Positions 60,113 to 64,000 of a stretch of DNA of 64,000 bases are shown piece by piece; the stretch's first letter is position 1; every line of letters starts with the position of its first letter. The notes beneath the pieces were generated by a model. It had not been told where the DNA came from and did no database searches. It saw only the letters and a program-made list of their open reading frames with translations. This DNA comes from Candidatus Bathyarchaeota archaeon (GTDB lineage Archaea > Thermoproteota > Bathyarchaeia > Bathyarchaeales > Bathycorpusculaceae). Location: the NCBI GenBank assembly GCA_963777155.1, contig CAVZPM010000038.1, forward strand, positions 95,537 through 159,536, written 5' to 3'. The translations under genes were made by a program, and so were the position numbers.

Positions 60113-61454
60113 CTATGAATATGCTGTTAACTGAAGATCTGACGCCACAAACACCATGTTACCTGACAGCACTGGCGCCAGAAGGTAATGGTCGAAACGC
60201 TGATTTCTGGCCACACCACCGTTTGAAGCGCTAAGAACCCAAAGAGCACTGTTCTCGTTGAGATATACAGTATCCTTGTTAACAACTAAACCAGCAGAAA
60301 AACCAAAGAAGACTCCGCTGTCTTCTAATTGTCTATTCCATAACAGCTTTCCACTTGATAAGTCAAGACTGCATACAACTCCAGCATAACGGTCATGTTT
60401 GTTTTCACTTGATGTTCCAAGTTGCTGGGTTACGCCAAAACTCCAGTACACCCGATTATTTTGGACTTGGATAGGATATGCAGTAAGGGTTATGTTGCCG
60501 TTGTTGACTGTGGACATGAGTTTTTGGCTGTCGACACTAGTTTTCCACTGGATCAATCCGTTTGAGAGGTTTAACCCGTAGAAGTAGCCATCTGAAGCGC
60601 CAAATAACAAAAGGTTATTGTTGGCTGTTGGTGGGTATATCGATGCACCGAGGTCGTTGTGCCAAAGGTACTCGCCGGAGCTTTGGTTGAGGCTTAAGAT
60701 TTGGGTGCCGCTCTCTACGACAACTTGCCCTTTATAGGTTGTCAGAACGCTCGGAATGCCAGCGAAAGAAGTAAGGTTACTACGCCATATTATGCTGCCG
60801 TTATCGGTGTTTAACTTGAAAATATTTGCGTTTGACTCGTTGCCTCCCAAAGCATAGACCAAATTGCCTTCAAATGGGTCTCCTCCCAGAGGATAGCCAG
60901 CTACCCACCAGGTTTTAGAGTCAGAGATGTTCCCAAAAATGTCGAAACGGTAGGGCGTTTGCCAGAGAATCTGCCCGGTGGAAGCATTAAGGGCTGCAAC
61001 GCCTGCTGCGGGACCTTCTGAAACCACAAACAAACGACCATCCTTGACGATCAGGCTATCAGGTGCTTGATTAACGCCAGCAGTATTCATGTGGCTCCAC
61101 TGAAACTGCCCTGTTGCCTCATCCAAACAGCCCACTGAGGCGTAATGGAACCCGCCATAGACCCTACCCTCACCAACAGTAAGACCCTCCGCGAAGTAGC
61201 CGCCGACGCTGCTGCCGTTCCAGATGGATGCGCCAGTTTGCTGGTTGTAGCAGTTTACGTTGCCAGAAATATCCATAGTGAAGACTTTGCCGTCGTCAGT
61301 GGATAAAGCGGTGGCGAAGTTTGGGATATCGCGTTGCCAAACCTCATGGGAGCCCTCGGGGTTTAGGACGCTGTTAGCGTAGATTACCATCGAGGAAACA
61401 ACTATGATTGCAGACCAAGCCTATTGCAATAATCAGTATATTGCGTCTTTTCAA
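60113..61454 (-). CDS. Secreted PQQ-like/BamB-type beta-propeller protein (signal peptide frameshifted)
   Basis: Repeated (A/C)L(N/D)xxxG..xW blades; MKRRNILIIAI signal from TTG 61454. Confidence 0.85.
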
Positions 61455-61627
61455 GTTCTTCCCTTGAAACCCGTTTAAGATGCCCAATCATATATCGTTT
61501 TGCGAATTTAGCTAATTCGTCCAGTCACTTGCCTTTTTGCAGCTTTTTGAATCTGAATCTCGATTAGAGAAATATTTAACATCCCAACCATCCAATTAAC
61601 TACCAAAGCCGCAATGGAGAAACCGCA

Positions 61628-63052
61628 ATGAGCATCCTTAGCCACGACACATTCTGGAACGCAGTCATCTCCCTGCCAATGACTAAGAAGATGCTCCAAC
61701 TCTCGCTAAAAAAATGCGGCAAATGTGGCAGAACAGTCCTTGAAGCAGCTTTGGATGATTACGGCGGCAAAACCGACCGCAAATGCGACAAATGCAGCGG
61801 TTTGTACTCTCAGATTATCGGTTTCTGGATAGAGTTCCTCCGAAAAGGCCTCGGATTTAAGCGTGAGAAAGCCGAGAAACTCTTAACTGACCGATATGCA
61901 CGAGCAGCGGTTATAAATTTGGTTCAATCATTTGATTATTTTGGCATCAAAAAACCCATTTCGCTGACTGCGCCGTTTCTGGTGGTTTGGGATTTCACTC
62001 ACAAATGCAACTTACAGTGCAAACACTGCTACAGTAACAGCGGCGCTGTGGAGGAAGAGGAGTTGTCCACTAAGCAGGCTTTGGCGGTTGTCGATCAATT
62101 AGCCGATGCACACGTGACGGCTCTGGCTTTCTCGGGAGGAGAACCTCTCACGCGCAAAGACTTCTTTCAAGTTGCGCGACATGCCTCCGACCGCGGACTC
62201 TACGTTTCGCTGGCTTCCAACGGCACGCTCCTCACCAAAGAAAACGTAGCTAAAATTAAAGAAGCCAAAGTCAACTACATCGACGTCAGCATCGACGGCG
62301 CCTGTGCTAAAACCCACGATGACTTCCGCGGGGTTCCAGGCACCTTTGACAAAGCTATTGCAGGACTCAAAAACTGCGTTGAAGCGGATCTTTGCGTCTG
62401 CATCGCGACTACTGTTGGTAAGAACAACATGGCTGAGCTGCCTGCCATTATCGATTTAGCCGAGAAAATCCATGCGGAACGCTTCACCTACTTCAATTTT
62501 ATCCCGACTGGACGCGGCAAAGCCCACTTCGACCAAGACCTCTCACCGCAGGAACGCGAGGACGTTATGCGTTATCTGCTGAATCGGATGTCAGCGGGCT
62601 GCAAAACAACCATCCTAGCCACGGCGCCCCAATTAGCTCGCGTCGCCTTGCAATGTCAGGGTCCAGCGGGAACAGACGAAGTCACCATGTCAATGGCTCA
62701 CATGCAAACCGTCAAAGTCACAAAAAAAGCCGTCCCCCTTGGCGAATTCATCGGCGGATGCGGCGCAGGAAGACTCTACTGCTCAATCTCACCACAGGGC
62801 GATGTCCACCCGTGTGTATTTTTGCCCGTGAACGTCGGGAACCTGAAGACAGAAAAGTTCCAGGACATCTGGCTAAACGCGCCGCTGTTCAAATCCTTCC
62901 GCAACCGAGCAAACCTTAAGGGTACCTGCGGCAAATGCACCTACAAATTCATCTGCGGCGGCTGCCGAGCACGTTCCGCAGCATACCACAGTGGAGACAT
63001 GTTAAACGGCGACCCCGGATGCCTCCAAGGAGTGAAGTCAAAACATGCCTAA
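61628..63052 (+). CDS. Radical SAM/SPASM protein with N-terminal CxxC...CxxC
   Basis: CNLQCKHC, SGGEPL, CGAG..C..PC...CGKC....CGGCRA...DPGC. Confidence 0.92.
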   Translation: MSILSHDTFWNAVISLPMTKKMLQLSLKKCGKCGRTVLEAALDDYGGKTDRKCDKCSGLYSQIIGFWIEFLRKGLGFKREKAEKLLTDRYARAAVINLVQSFDYFGIKKPISLTAPFLVVWDFTHKCNLQCKHCYSNSGAVEEEELSTKQALAVVDQLADAHVTALAFSGGEPLTRKDFFQVARHASDRGLYVSLASNGTLLTKENVAKIKEAKVNYIDVSIDGACAKTHDDFRGVPGTFDKAIAGLKNCVEADLCVCIATTVGKNNMAELPAIIDLAEKIHAERFTYFNFIPTGRGKAHFDQDLSPQEREDVMRYLLNRMSAGCKTTILATAPQLARVALQCQGPAGTDEVTMSMAHMQTVKVTKKAVPLGEFIGGCGAGRLYCSISPQGDVHPCVFLPVNVGNLKTEKFQDIWLNAPLFKSFRNRANLKGTCGKCTYKFICGGCRARSAAYHSGDMLNGDPGCLQGVKSKHA

Positions 63053-64000
63053 CCCACACAAAGTCACGATTTACCGTGCAGGAGACGACGTAAGCAGCAT
63101 CGTCGCCCAAGCCGTCGCCGACTCAGGGTTACATGGCAAAAGAAAGATTTTCATAAAGCCAAACCTTAGCCACCCCGAATACTTGCCAGGCGTAGTAACA
63201 AGCCCACAGGTTATGCATCAACTCGTCGGGCTATTAAGGGACGGCAACAGCGAAGTTGTCGTAGGCGAATCCAACGGCTTTAACTATCCCTGCTGGACCG
63301 CGTTTGACAAAACAGGCATGCAGAAAGCCGTGGAATCCGCAGGCGGCAAAGCCATCAACCTCTCCGAAGACAAAGTGGTCGAAGTCAAATTCCCAGACGG
63401 CTGCCCCCTCAAACGGCTGTTTCTACCAAAAACTGTGCTGGACGCCGATGCCGTAGTCGATTTACCCTTGATGAAGACGCATGAGTTTATGGCTTACAGC
63501 GGCGCCATCAAAAACCTCTTCGGCTGCGTACCCAGCAACAAACGCATCTACCTTCACCCCTACCTGCCTGAAGTCATGTACCGACTCTACTCGCTTTTCA
63601 AGCCGCAACTAACCATAATGGATGCACGAATCGGCATTGAGGGCAACGGACCCACCAAAGGCAAACCTGTCAAGATGGATTTGATGCTTACCGGCAATGA
63701 CGCTTTAGCGGTGGACATAGTCGCCGCAAAAGTAATGATGTTGGACTGGAAAAAAACCTACCTTGGCTACATCGCCAACAAGACTGGCATGCGCGAGGAA
63801 GACATCGGCATCGATGGCTTGCAGGTGGCGGAGGTTGCACGCAAATTTGAGCCACCCAGAATCGATTTGCCCGTGAAGGCACAGATGATGATTTACCAAC
63901 ATGAATACCTAACAAAAGCGCTTTTCTGCTCACTAGACATAGTAAAGCTGTTTCAAAAGGTCACAATGGCTTATCGAGGTACACCTGTCGAAATTGGGTA
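63045..64000 (+). CDS. DUF362 family protein (runs to window edge)
   Basis: IKPNL, GES, LPLMKTH, AIKNLFG, EGNGP, ALAVD; start overlaps the rSAM stop. Confidence 0.88.
   Translation, partial: MPNPHKVTIYRAGDDVSSIVAQAVADSGLHGKRKIFIKPNLSHPEYLPGVVTSPQVMHQLVGLLRDGNSEVVVGESNGFNYPCWTAFDKTGMQKAVESAGGKAINLSEDKVVEVKFPDGCPLKRLFLPKTVLDADAVVDLPLMKTHEFMAYSGAIKNLFGCVPSNKRIYLHPYLPEVMYRLYSLFKPQLTIMDARIGIEGNGPTKGKPVKMDLMLTGNDALAVDIVAAKVMMLDWKKTYLGYIANKTGMREEDIGIDGLQVAEVARKFEPPRIDLPVKAQMMIYQHEYLTKALFCSLDIVKLFQKVTMAYRGTPVEIG

Overview
Archaeal chromosomal window, most consistent with Bathyarchaeia (TACK): PolB1-type polymerase, arcadin-1, CarS, AglB, thermosome, prefoldin. Mostly housekeeping: FEN1, GlmS, Trm5, RtcA, XPD, Clp1, RadB, TopA, AglB, PolB, RsmB, two MoeA, ThyA, Sua5, ECF module, EndoIV. 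A cobalamin-completion operon follows, then a 52.8-60.1 kb lipid/glycan locus. About a dozen genes are broken by mostly single-base insertions that look like long-read errors. Best leads: (1) a translationally coupled epimerase - UbiA/DGGGP-synthase-like - tetraether-synthase(Tes)-like operon, back-to-back with a second, motif-divergent CobS/CobY pair and next to glycosyltransferases (candidate unusual ether-lipid pathway); (2) a ~130-nt two-state structured RNA leader with anti-SD before the cobalamin operon; (3) a metallothionein-like (CG)4 microprotein behind an ArsR gene; (4) OSTC/DC2-like and PAC4-like homologues; (5) a regulator with paired operators opposite glmS. Family calls are by-eye motif recognition; no database searches were run. 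No rRNA, tRNA, CRISPR or transposase was seen.
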